From Podarcis pityusensis (taxonomy: Eukaryota): a stretch of DNA of 64,000 nt. Positions 12,750 to 26,296 of the stretch are shown here, in pieces. Location: assembly GCA_964106645.2 (NCBI GenBank), contig OZ067040.1; one strand, given 5' to 3'. The stretch's first letter is position 1. The number at the start of each line of letters is the position of its first letter. Below the pieces are notes generated by a model. The model was not told the DNA's origin and made no database searches. It worked only from the letters and a program-made list of their open reading frames with translations. The position numbers and the translations under genes are program-made.

Positions 12750-15057
12750 TTGTGTGAAATTGTGACTGCTATGCAGTGATGCCAAGAACTAAACTGTATC
12801 TTTAACATACTGCTGTAAGTATTCATGTCAAAAGATAACTGTTAATAAAAAAAATACAGAAGGATGATGTTTGCATATGTGCATATCTCACATTTTAGCC
12901 AATTTAGTCAAGCATTTGCTTTGTGCTTGCATCTTCACAAGAATTTTTGCCGCTTTCAGATGCTGTTTATAAATACAGGCTGAATTCTACAAGCCTGCTG
13001 AACACTCTAGACTATTTCTGAAAATCCCCCTACAGTTCAGAATTGGTTCAGGAATGGGTAATATTTCTTATCACAGCAATCCGTGTGGTTTGGCCCTCTT
13101 AGAGCACGTCATACAATTAGTAAGAAGTTCTCAGAATGCACTTCAACTTTTAGATGTCAAAACATCCCCTATTTTCTCACTTTTCTTTAATCAGGATTCT
13201 CCCCCCCCCCCCATCAGGATCTCTTGAAGCCCTTCTTGGTCACAGAAGTATCCTAATAACTTTTATATTTGTGAGTCAAGGAAACAAACCATGTATTTCT
13301 GACTGCTAGTAGAAATTCTCCATTACCAAATCAAAAACTGATGAGGGTGGGAAAAGGTAACATGACTCCTATAGCCCAACGTTCAATTTCATGCCATTTG
13401 TTACTTGGGCTGCCTATGCCAATCTGCATTATGAGTTAATATGCTAGAAATTTTGATCCCATTTTCGGGCTTTTCCAGCAGTTGAGAACATACTGCACTC
13501 CATAATTTTCCAAGTGTCAGAGTTCTGTGCAGTGTTTTTTATCAAATATCCATAAATATAAAAGTTAGTCAACACCAAGTACAGAGAATTTATTCAACCT
13601 ATATTAACCCTAGTGTGAAATATAAGCCAATGCTCATTTATCAATTGAAAGATAAGCAAATTAAAAATAATTAACCACAACCAAAGTGCTGTCTCTATTC
13701 GCATGATGATATTTTCTATAGCTGAGTTTCCCCCTTCTACTTATTTAACTTGAAATAATGCTTAATGCATGGTAAAATGCTGTAGAAAAAACCATCAGTA
13801 TTTTAAAAGATGCAAAACTCCTTAGATGAAGCAAAAAGTTTTATCAGATAAAATGTATTATTTAAGATACTAAAAATGACTTGAGGGCAGATTACTGGAT
13901 TATGGGAGGTATGTTAGTGCACCAAAATTCTTATGATTAGCAGTGTATCACCAGATGGCACTTCTGCTTTATAAAAAATAAGCCCTAGAATATGCTCCAG
14001 ATAAAGGAACCTCAAGTCCCATTTGCATCTCAGGATCCAGGAGATCCAAGAAATCCAGGCTACAGAGGTGATTACTAATTCTGTGCCAGGCAATGGTAAC
14101 TCTATGCCATGCAATGCATTGATTTTTTGGTTTTGGAAAGAAGACCGTATGAAATGTAAGAGAGAACTGCAAAACACAACTGCCAAGCGTTAGAGCTCCC
14201 ATACAATATCAGGAGATGCACACGCACCAGAAGACAAAGAACAACCATGCATCATGAGGACTGAGCACTTGTAGAGGTTTCACTCCACTGATAAATATTA
14301 ACAGACCACAGGGAGAAGGGGAAGACAGCAGCAAGCACACTGAGCAAAGAACTCACAAGAAATACCACGGTCACTACAGTCCACATACTACTACATTAAG
14401 AAATAGCTGGTCAGCTAGCTGGTCTAGTTCCAAGTGCTGGTGCAGCTGTAATCTTCTAAAGACACCAACAGAATGGGGATGCCATACAAATCAGGGGACT
14501 GCTAACAGAACAAGTAGCATAGCACAATAGTAGAGAAATATGTGGTAATGAGCCCACAGAGAGGGGAATTTACCTCTGGATATGCAGGAATCCTGTTTAT
14601 CACCAGGCAACTGCAGCTTTTGAGAAACTAGCCTTCTACGCTCAAGTTCTTTTAGTATCTACAAAGACCTAGAAACTTCATAGCATGAATATCAACAGAC
14701 TAAAAACAAAACCAAGGTATTTGGTTGTTAAACTCTACTTCTGGGAAGAAAAGGTGCTGTCTATGGAAAACAGGCAATATAAAAGCAAAACTATTTTTTT
14801 TTTGCAAAGCTATAGTATCAGATTGCCCTCTGGTGGTTAGAAGCATGTGTTAATCACATTTAAAATACATGGGTTGGTCATTAACATCTACGGTAAAGGA
14901 TGTGACTGAGATACCATTTTCACAATCAGGATGACGGAGGAATTTGTTCCGTATTTTTCCGATCGTCCTTTTGGCTCAGAATGCAATCATACATTCCTCT
15001 GGATTTTGCAATAGTTTTGGTCAAAAAAACTGTGCACAATAATACGTATTTTATGTA

Positions 15058-15477
15058 CCGTATTTTTCGCCCTATAGGGCGCACCTAGGTTTTTTTTTGG
15101 GGGGGGGGGAGAAATAAAGGGAAAAAAAAATATTTCCCCCCCCAGGCGGGGGGGGCGGGGGAAGCCCGAGCTTCCCCCGACCCCAGCCCCCAGAACAGGC
15201 TGCTATCCGCAAGCCTGGGGAGCCCAGCGGGAACTCCCGCCAGTCTCCCCAGGCTTGAGGATATCTGCCCGAAGCCCGGGGCATGCTCCGCTGCGCTCCC
15301 CGGGTTTCGGGCTGCAGGCTGCTGTCCGCAAGCCTTGGGAGCCCGGCGGGAACTCCCGCGGGCTCCCAAGGCTTGAGGATAGCTTCCTGAAGCCTGCATT
15401 CACCCCATAGGACGCACACACATTTCCCCTTCATTTTTGGAGGGGAAAAAGTGCATCCTATAGGGCGAAACATATGG
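15058..15477. mobile_element. Non-autonomous Tc1/mariner (Tc2-like) MITE
   Basis: TIRs CCGTATTTTTCGCCCTATAGGGCGCAC / GTGCATCCTATAGGGCGAAACATATGG, TA on both flanks, GC-rich duplicated palindromic interior. Confidence 0.85.
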
Positions 15478-15629
15478 TAAATTAAGTCATATTAAAAGAG
15501 GAAATGCATTCAAAAGCATTGAAATCTGTATGTTTTGTGGGGAAGTGCATGTAAAATGAACCTATGATTGAGGACTAGTGACAGTGAAACAAAATGGATT
15601 TAGGCTAGTCTAGTTTAGGCTAGTTTAGG

Positions 15630-15755
15630 TTGGGTCTCTCTCAGTTTTTGGACTGCAACTCCCAGCATCCCTAGCTAACAGTACAGCTAACAGTCATGGA
15701 TGATGGTAATTGTAGCCCAAAAACTGATGGAAACCCAAATTTGGGAAACCCTGGA
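15630..15755. mobile_element. Degraded short palindromic MITE (ggactacaactccc...tgatggtaattgtag family)
   Basis: similar to the intact copy at 39477-39611. Confidence 0.6.
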
Positions 15756-18277
15756 CTTGATAGTCCTCAGGGTCCCTTCCAATTCTATGATTCTATGAAA
15801 ACCAACCTCACTCTCAAAATTTCATTGTTCAAAATACAACCACAACTGAACATTCAAATACAAAATGAATTCCGTTTGGAAAAGTTACAAGCAACTGAAA
15901 ATTATGACAAACATGGAAAAAAACAACTCCTATAAAATATTTCTCTTTTAGCATGAGTGAAACACTCATTAAGACAAGGTTTTTACTCACTCAAAATGTA
16001 TGGTATAAAGATTTTTATGCAATAAAATCTACAACAGTTGAGAGTAATAATTGCCGTGTCTAAAGGAGATACAGATAACACTCAAATCCAAAATGTGTTT
16101 GGGGGGGGGGCTGTTACTGACATTGTTATGCAAAGTGTATGCAGGGCCTTAATTATCTTGTGAATTGCTGCTTGCCTTCTGGAGACCCTTTGATATAGCT
16201 TAGACATACTGCTAGAAGCAGAGTTTCCTGCATCTGCTGTCCTTCCAACCTGACTCCTTTTTCACCTCTCCCCTCAAACAACTGAGAGACAAACAATATG
16301 CTACAAAACTAACGGAGAAATACTTTGCAAGTTATACAATGCATTTTTGTTGTCGTTCAAGAAGATAAATAGGTTTAGGTCTGATAAGAAGGCAAGTATT
16401 GCATATCTTTTAATTTGTCCTAGAATTTCCATTACTGCCACAAAAAAACACCCAACCATACATGGCTTCCAAGTTATCTCTAACCCACTGTTTAAATATT
16501 AAAAGGCTATATATCACACACTGCTAATTGTTTACAATTAAGAGGTGACATACTAAGACAGACATCAATATACTGTTAGCTCTAGAGTGGCACATCACTC
16601 AATAACTAAACAGGCACACATAGCCAACATTCAAATTACATGCATTTACTGCTATCACATTATTTATGATACAGGCCAAGTAATGTCTTTGCCTATGCAA
16701 ATATCAATACAGAACTAAAAGCTATCTCTCCCTTGAGAAAGAACCATGCAATGATGGAACAGAATACAATATCAAGCAACAAATTATCAGAAGGAAGCAA
16801 TTTAATCTCAGGGAAGGAAACCAATATATTGAGCCAAATTTCCTCTGCTTGCCATCCACACAAAAAAACCCATTTGCAAGAATTATAAGGAACAATGCAC
16901 TGTAACTGGGAAAATAAATAAAAATATAAATACGGTAAGTAAATAAAAATATAAAAATACAATAAATAAAAAGCAACACTCAAAAGTCCGCAGGAGTCCA
17001 CCAGAAGGTTTGAATACATGGGGAGAACCTGATAAACACACATTACGGGTAAAATCCAGAAACTCTCTGGGCTGTGCAATATCTAGGTTGCATGTATGAC
17101 GGGGCATCCAGAGTTTAAATGGTTGTGGTAGAAGAGATGCAAACTTTTTTTAGATAACACTTCGACCCTGTATAGTGTACTGTAAGTTACAAGGGGAATG
17201 ACATATCATATAGCTTATATTCCTCCACAAATCTTCATACACAAGACTACGAAATCTGAAATATTTCAATCATGGAGAATGATCATACAGTTTAGACATA
17301 AAGATTTCTTTTGTAAGCAAAATTTACTGGAGTGCAAATAGTCAACAGCAATATTTATTTGAATCATGCATTTCAAATATGCACACAGTTCCTGTGTTTT
17401 CTTTACAAACTTTTACAGTATTCAAGGAAATTAATGGTCTCTTACTCAAAACCAAGCAAACACCACTGGTGCCAATTATTGAGATCTTATAAGGCTGCAC
17501 CACTGAATCAAATTGAGAAAGGGATAATTTTGAGGAAGCTATTCCTTATTATCAACACATTAGCCCTATTCAGTGATGTTCCCATCATGAAATTAGCAAT
17601 CATGTAAGAGGAAGTGGGGCTCTGTCCACTGGTCCTGTCTTTGTGTCTTCACCCCCAACCTCTCCCTCGTTGTAAATGCATTGGGGGCAAGATCGCAAAG
17701 GGAAAGCCCATCAAGCACATGCAAGCTCCGTACATAAGGGTCCCAGTTAATGGGGAAAGGCTACATGTGTTAGGTGGGACAGATGCTCCCTCTGCAGAGA
17801 TATCCTCAATGTGTTGAAGTAAGGCTGCTGAGATTGTGAATGTGCAGGGGAGAGGCCAAAAGCCACAGCACGCATCAACTCTTCACACAATAGCTAATCC
17901 CATTACAGGAAAACAAATGAACAGGATACTGTTTCGTAAATATATTATCATCTACATATAACCAAATTAATTTATATTTTGTTTCTATGGTACTATTCTC
18001 TTCCCTTTTTTGACATGTTTATGTGTCTGCTTTAAATTCTGCAGCCCAGACTAGAAAGTTGTTATAAAAACCAGTAAAACATACTCCTGCTGATGAAATA
18101 TTTTACGCAAACAAATTCCAGAAGCTTGGCTGCTGAAGTAGATTAATGAAAAACAGCTAGCTCTAAAAGCCGTTGCTTTATAGCACAGTATCAAGGTCTA
18201 CGAAACCAGTGGCAGAGCTTTTCTCAAGAAGCTCTACACCATGGCTAAATATGAATTGCTGGTTTTGCAGGTGATAC

Positions 18278-18343
18278 CTACATCAGCTCATTAGTTCTAA
18301 TAAGCGTCTGCTTCATACTTGGCTTCAAAACGCGACAGCCAAC
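18278..18343 (-). CDS. MTFR2: MTFR2 last coding exon (VGCRVLKPSMKQTLIRTNELM*)
   Basis: minus-strand tgttttgtttcag acceptor, phase 0 after SSPDTPV; TAG at 18280-18278. Confidence 0.8.
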   Translation of the reverse strand, partial: VGCRVLKPSMKQTLIRTNELM

Positions 18344-19722
18344 CTGAAACAAAACACATTTTAAATGCTATTTTTAGAAAAGATTGAAAAAGGAAAATAT
18401 GAGTTGATTAACACTTTCTCCAATCTTAATGAAGAGGCCAAGCAAGAAACTTCATTGTAGAGCGAGTGAGAATGTCAAACATAGACCTACAATAAACAAC
18501 CAATTTGTTAGGAAATAACTTATCTGTTTTAAAAGAAGCATTTTGATATGAAATATGTTGGGCTTCCATATATTAGATGGAAATATGCACTAAATATTCT
18601 AGCAAAATAAATAAACAAAATGGTAATAGGACAGTCTGCCACAACGCGGCATGAAGTTTTACTCATTTTTCAGAATGAATTATTTCATCACCTGCTCCTA
18701 TGTGCAATGTGAACAAATCGACTGCTCTTCATGACAAAGAGTTTCATGGGTTGCTTCACAACTTCCTTTCCCACTTTGAGTTTGTCATGTTCTAGTATTA
18801 TGTGACTAAACTCATTTTATATGGGTTTTTAATTGTTCTTAGCCATTGTGTCTATGTTGGTATATTTTGCTAATGCTTTTATAACTGGTTTTGCTAATTT
18901 TGGATGTAGCTGTTGTATTTTTAATGTCTCTGTAAATATGGGCAGTATACATATGCAATTATTGTTGTTCAGTTATTTATTTAATTCAAAATGCATCTGT
19001 AAATCTCCCACCAGCTTCTGAATAACTGAAACTACTGCATGGCAGTTTATTTTTTAACTCATTTCCTGAATTCAAGAAGGGTCAAGAGAAAGTATCACAA
19101 GAAAATAAACTTGGGATCACAACTGTACAGCTACTGTGTGGCATCCTCTCTGTAAGACAACAGAATATTTCAAGCCATCCCTGTACTTTGAAAGTAAGCC
19201 CCCTTCTACTGGCCCCTAATGCAGAAGATGGAAGGCCCTTGCCAGCACTGGGCAAGGATGGGAAAGACATTCAGCTAGTGCAGAGGCAACCCTCTCCCAA
19301 TCCTTAATCATGGGTAAATGATCAACATGGAAGCCTCCTTCAGGAAGTCCACTCTCAAGTTTCGTCCACTAGCTTTAAAACCATGCTTAATGCTTTTGTA
19401 GCAGCATTAACCTTTTAAATTTGGTTACATCTCTTAGTATGTTTTAGATCTCTTCAATGCTGTTGATCTTTTTTATGCTGTGCTACAGTTTCACCTGTTA
19501 TGATTGTTACTGTTTTCTTTTAATATAAACTGTAAGCTGTAAGTGTATTTTAACTGACTTTATATGTTCTTGTGTAGGTTGCCCTAGCAATTTTAATTAA
19601 GAGCTGTACAAAAATATCTATAATTAATAAAATGACAAACTATTTAGCATTTGCTTTCCCCCCCTTAATTGAGATCATAACACTGGACACTATTAGACTT
19701 CATTCTATATCACTAGTATTCA

Positions 19723-20166
<444 letters not shown>

Positions 20167-20890
20167 TCACAAATCTGCTTCAGAGGATTGGGGGTACTCT
20201 TCAGAATAGCATGGGAAGTGTCACAAGGAGAGGTGTATCTGCGAAAGTTGTTTTCTTCCCGGTTTGACAGACAGGATCAAAGTGCTTTCTGAAAGCAAAG
20301 GGTCACTTTGAAAAGAATCAATGCATTCTCATGCAAAGTAAATTCTGGGTATCTTGATGTACCACTTGACACAATGTGCACCTGGCCTAGTATTGGGGAA
20401 GAGAGTTAAAGAACTCATTGAGTCCACTGTAGATCCTTTCCCATGAGTTCAGCTGCATGTGAGAGAGCATGAAGGAGGCACTTGAACTTTTCAAATAAAA
20501 CTGGTAACCAATTCTTCATCTATGTCTGGGGAGCTGACACCAAGACGCATTGAACTACATGACAAGTAGGCATCTTCACAACAGCACAATCTCGTGCAAA
20601 TTTATGTGATGTGCTGATGCATTCAGGTATCAAATGCATGCATTTGCTATCAGACACCTCATTCTTGATTTCAGTTCATTTTCAGATCCAGGAAAAGACT
20701 CCTTAGGAAAAAAAGGAAGCTAACCTATTATGGCTATTATTTGAATTCAACAAATTGTAGAACACATATTTTTAGCTTTTGATTTTATTGATCTTCCTTT
20801 TCAAAATAAACTGTTTTTAATTAAAAATTGATTTTTATTGGCCATCTTGATGTGATTTTTATCATCTTTGTAAACCGCTTTGAGGTTGTA

Positions 20891-21124
20891 CAGTCGTACC
20901 TTGGTTCTTGAATGCCTTGGTACTAGTACATTTTGGCTCCCGAATGCTGAAAACCTTGAAGTAAGTGTTCCGGTTTATGAACGTTTTTCAGAAGCCAAAT
21001 GTCCGACGCAGCTTCCACTTGAGGGCAGGAAGCTCCTGGAGCCAATCGGAAGCTGCGCCTTGAACGTTTTGGAAGTCAAACAGACTTCCGGAATGGATTA
21101 CCTTCGAGAACCAAGGTGCGACTG
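20891..21124. mobile_element. Tigger/pogo-like MITE
   Basis: TIRs CAGTCGTACCTTGGTTCT / AGAACCAAGGTGCGACTG with TA TSD. Confidence 0.85.
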
Positions 21125-21524
21125 TATTTAGAGTTAAGTTGTATACACAGTTTGTTAAATAAAAATAAATACAGTATATAGCAAAAATGATTTGTAGCAG
21201 CTATAACGAACTATCAGGAGAGGTTTCAATGCCATGTCCTCTGTCACCCACTCAGCAGAACAGGGAAAGGAAGGAAGGTTATGAGCACCAACTTAGATTT
21301 TCAGGGGAAATAATTCTGCTAGTTCAGTGTGAGTTCTCTGCACAATTTAAGTATTCACTCATCAGTCCAAGTGCATTCAAGCAGGAGTGGGCGCTGACAG
21401 CAGCTAGGCACCTGTGCATATAACACCAGTTTCAGGCACTCTTAAATAACTTCTCAGAGGGAAGATGTTGACCATGTTTTATATTCATTATTTTATCTTC
21501 AAACGCATGTTCTGCTCAACATAC

Positions 21525-21831
21525 CTCTCAACTGCTCTTAGTTTGATCTTATTTATATCCTTCAGAACATCCATCATAGTGGGAAGAGCTTCTTCCTTCT
21601 GCCAACCTGTACTATCTGTAGTATTTCTTATCTTACTTGAAGCCCGACGTTGTTTAATAAGCTCAATGGCTGAATTACGGGAATCAAAATTAGATAGCGG
21701 TACAGCTGGACATGGTGGTGCTGGTGGCGGTGGAGGAACAGCAATGTGAGAACTTGGGACTGGTGTCGAAGTCACTCCTGGCTGTGGGAGAGCATTAAAG
21801 GCCATGTTTGAAGAATTCACAATGCCTGAAC
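21525..21831 (-). CDS. MTFR2: MTFR2 coding exon 5 (polyproline tract...MMDVLKDINKIKLRAVER)
   Basis: tgtttaatag acceptor, GAG|gtatgt donor, 307 bp, phases consistent; PPPPPAPP and MDVLKD.NK.KLRAVE motifs. Confidence 0.93.
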
Positions 21832-21861
21832 CTATTAAACAATTAAAGAGGTGATATTAGG

Positions 21862-22623
21862 TGTCAGAGCTGCTTCCAGATCCTAGCTCACAGAGGATCA
21901 CGCTAGCCAGCGATCATTAAATAAAAGTCTTTATTGAGTTACAGTTTCCATTCTCAAGCTGCTGCGTGCAACTCTACGTCTCATGGTTAGATCGGCGAAG
22001 CCCCATCTGAGTCTCCGCCCCTTGTACACCAACTTAATATCCTAGCCTTGCTCCACCTTTTCCGCCTGACTGTTCTTCTCTGGGTCCCTCTGCCCCCCGG
22101 GGTCTCTTCCTTCCTGGATTCCTCTGACGCTGACGCTGACCCCCCTGACTCTTCTCCCTCCTTTCGGCGGGCTTTAGGACCTGGCTCCCTTTCCGGGCTG
22201 CCTACTGCGCCACCTTCCTGTGCATTTGAACTTGGCACGCGCGCCCAACCTTCCACCTTCCGTCTGACCGTTTCTTCGCTCCCCGATGGAGGTGTGGCCA
22301 CTCCTGACTCGTGCCCTCCCCCCTGTTGTGAGCTGCCAGCGCTTGATCCCTGGCGCCCTTCCTCTTCCCTGCTCTCTGGCGGTGACGCTGGTCCTGATTT
22401 CCAACTGCTCCCCTCTGAGTCCCCTCTGGCTCTATCTTCCTGGGGTGTCCCCCTAGGCTCCCCCCTTGCCCTGGCCACTGGTGCTCCTTTCTGTGAATCT
22501 TCTGATTCACTGGAAAGACTCGGAGATCTCGGGTCGTCGTCATCACTCATCTTTTCTTCTGCCTCCTCTCCCTCGCTCTCTGTTTCCTCCCTTGCCCTTG
22601 CCTCTGCTCCTGAACCCCTGACA
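21862..22623 (-). mobile_element. Solo LTR (762 bp, probably Gypsy-type)
   Basis: TGTCAG...CTGACA termini, exact 5-bp TSD TTAGG (21857-21861 and 22624-22628), minus-strand AATAAA at 21935-21930, GC-rich against an AT-rich intron. Confidence 0.88.
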
Positions 22624-23719
22624 TTAGGGAACTTTAATGTTGATATGACAATGGCATGAAGGTCCTTTGATGCACTTTTAACACTACCTGCAAAGTCTAG
22701 CAAGTGTTGTCTTCCATGAAACAACAGAAGACTCCAAGGAACAAAATCATACTACCTTGAAAGGTTCTTTTAAAAAGATTATTCAACAGACAAATCATTA
22801 TGCTACACTGGTTCTGGCAGATTTCAGACTTGGACAAGGAAGACCTGGATTCAGATCACTGTTCAGCCATGACAACTACTGAGTGACTCTCTCTTAACCT
22901 AGGTTTCCTCAGAAATATTGCAAGGGTAAAATGTAATATTATAAATAGTGCCATGAATTCTATGGAGAAAGAATTGGATAAAAATATGGTAAATAAACTA
23001 TACTGGACAACCTCCCACCACTAAAGTCACTCACAGTCCTTCTTTAGTTTAAGATTTCAGACATCACTATTACACCTTTTCAAGCACATTACTATAGTTA
23101 TAAGGGCTAAAAGAAAATGTTTACAAATTTATTTGTTAAAGTGTTTATAATCCTCATTTCTAAAAGGCTGAATCCTGAAGAATATAGTAACATTTTCAGC
23201 TGGTATGGTACAATGGTAAAATATGGGCAATGCACAGAGCCCCAACTTTCATTTACATAATTAATGAATATTTTATAACACACAACAGCCATGACTCCCC
23301 CTTTTTTGTTTGAACAGTAGACCTCTATACTATTTCACAATTGCTTTTGATCTTTCCCTCAATCTGAAAAGAAGTTTACCAGGCAGCATTGCGGGGGGGG
23401 GGGGGGGGAGAGAGAATGCTGTTCCCTCCTAGGAAGATATAGAAATAATTGCGAGTTCTTTGGATTCAGGCAAAATTCCCAATAACTCTCCTATCTAGTG
23501 TGTTGACTAGACTTCTATTTCTAATATATGTTATTTCGTTTTCTCTTGCCTACACTACATATCTAACTTTTAAACATATGAACACTGTGTGCTGGATAAT
23601 GAAATATCAAGACAGTTTTCTATATAAATGTTGCTATGAGATGGCAGTGTGACTGGACATTATGAAGAGCAGGAGCCATGCATGGACACATGTATCAGGA
23701 ATCACAAAGACAGGCTTAC

Positions 23720-23895
23720 ATGGTTGATCATTTCCTGATCTAGGCACTGCCACAATTGCTGCAATCTGTGCACGAAGATGAGCTAATTCATTCTCAAGAG
23801 CAGAAATTTTTTTTAATGCATCTTCATTCACAACAGTTAAGTTTTGCATACTTCCTTTTGTAGCAACCGGCATAACTCCTCTCCATTCATCAAAT
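23720..23895 (-). CDS. MTFR2: MTFR2 coding exon 4 (coiled coil NEDALKKISALENELAHLRAQIAAIV)
   Basis: ttttctag acceptor, CAT|gtaagc donor, 176 bp; MTFR family coiled-coil motif. Confidence 0.93.
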
Positions 23896-24589
23896 CTAGA
23901 AAATACCAATGTATAGATTTATAAGTGAACAGAGGAAACACTGAAAAAGCCAAAATTATTACTGTAAAGAGATATACAAACATATTCAATCTGACCATGA
24001 CAGAACTCAACATTAGGTGTTCTGCAGCACAATTCTATATACCGTATGTCTGTGTTTTATGGGCATTTCTCTCAGGTGCAGAAGAGTGCAGTTGTACTCA
24101 CATCCTGTTTGTTCACTTCTCATAAGCAGCTGGTTGGCCACTGAAAGAACTGGATGTTGGACTAGGTGGGCCACTGGCCTGATTCAGCAGGTTCATCTTA
24201 TATTCTTATGCACAATCAGAAGTCTACTTGTACAAAGTGCTTCTATTACATATTGGGCAATCTTCTTCTCTCAATAAACCCCCCCATGCCACTGTTCTTT
24301 GGGGGGGGCGTGTCTCCTGACATTTAAGAGAGGCATTTCTCGGTGGGTGGGCAGAAGGAAAGGGAATGAGAAAGCCACCATCCTCATCTTCCCTCACTCT
24401 CCGTTCTCAGGATACAACCCATTACTGAGAAATATAAATGTGACTGCAAAAGCTTGGATGATGTTCTTATAAAAAATCAAATGCTGATTGTTATTGTCTC
24501 TCAAGTAAGGAAAGCAGTAGCTAAGAATCACTGAGACAATTCCATTATAAAACAAACATTTATTCTAAAGACATGTCAGTTTTACTTAC

Positions 24590-24711
24590 CTAAATCTAGC
24601 GTATGGTTCTCTTTCATTTTCTGCCATCCACAAAACATCAGCAAGAGATGGTGTAACAGAGCTACTAGAAATACTTTGCTCAGATGTCAAAGAATTCAAA
24701 CTCTGGATTAC
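24590..24711 (-). CDS. MTFR2: MTFR2 coding exon 3 (VIQSLNSLTSEQ...TPSLADVLWMAENEREPYARFR)
   Basis: ctgccttag acceptor, TAG|gtaagt donor, 122 bp; PSLADV.W.A motif. Confidence 0.92.
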
Positions 24712-25781
24712 CTAAGGCAGCACGGAAGAAATATTATTAAAAGTCTATAAATGTATATCAGTATACATTTATATATACTGTATATATACAAAATATACTA
24801 TATATATACAAAATAAAAATATCAAGCATCCACTAGTTCTAGTATTTTAATGAATTATTTCTGTTTAGTGAGTGGTGCAGGAGAACCATGTTGTTGTCCT
24901 GTCCGATATCCTATCAGCTATTTGCCAAGCAGAATAACCTTTTGAGAGCAAGAACAGACAAATCAGCCACCAATTAAGCCACTGCGGGTTGCCTGCCTTT
25001 GTGTGTCAATATGTGATGTGCAGAGGCTCACTGCATGGATCAAACCGCAAGGGCAAAGAGAAGTGAGACATGGTGAGTATCACCTGATCTGCATGGCAAG
25101 CCACTGTACACAAATGGCAAGAAGCAGCCTCCAACATGACAACTCTTTATTGCCCTCTTTGGTAGCAATGCCATACTTCCAACCACTTTTTTTACTCCTT
25201 GTCTTTATCTTTGAAAATTCTAATCATTCATTTAAGATGAGGTAAACTAGAACTGTCAACAGCAGGGTTATACATATTGTTTCAAGAGGTTTGGAGGCAC
25301 TACCACCATAACTCTTCTGAAAAGCCAACACTTAGGTGGGAGAGAGCACAATTCTCTCAATTTGTTTTTCAGGAGCACAGTTACAGCACCATCTTTTAGC
25401 TGAATTGCAATGGCTAGCAGATAGTATTCAGTACTCCCCCTCCCAAGTACTACAGCATAGATGATCTCATTGTCTCCAAAATCATTTGGCTCTGGACTCT
25501 CAAATACTTCTTTTTCATATTCATAGCATAGAAATATTTAGGATTTTCCCTTCCCTTTATCCATTTTCCTCCTTAATTCTCAGTGCTGGATAATAATCAT
25601 TTCTACCATAACTCAAAATACATTTCTATTACCAATTTCCAAATCCTAAACAGCACAATTCCAGTAGAATTCATTTAGGGATGCCTGCTGTTTGTTCCCT
25701 ACATTATTATATGCCACACAGAACATGATTTTAAATAATGTATTAAAATTGTATTAATCTTACACTTTGCAATAACCCCTA

Positions 25782-25889
<108 letters not shown>

Positions 25890-26296
25890 CTAAGAATCAA
25901 GCAATCCTCTTCAAGTTAAATGAGAATATTTTTAAAACAGCTGTCAACCAATAAAATAACATTTGTTGCTTTGTCATCTATATTTTAGCCAATAAAATGT
26001 ATGTGCACATTACCGAAACCTTAAGATAGATGCGTTTTGCAGGAATTAAAAAAATGTAGGCTGGTTTTCAGCTTAGTAGCAGATGCAAACACTTGCTGTT
26101 TGGGCAAATAAAGGTGATTGTTACTGTGCAGGATTTTAAGGTAAACACGAATCATCAATTTTAATCATACATTTAGGGGGGAAAGGGGGGGTTTCCCCAG
26201 GAATGCTTCAGTTGGAAACTGTTTTCATAAATTGATTGACGTCTGATTCAGCATGTTTATTTTACCTGATACATTAATTTATGTGTTGTATCTCTC

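Noticed and set aside
22590-22640. In-frame exonisation of the LTR ORF into MTFR2 through TGTCAG|G
   Set aside because: Poor pyrimidine tract, and the phase does not match the upstream phase-1 donor
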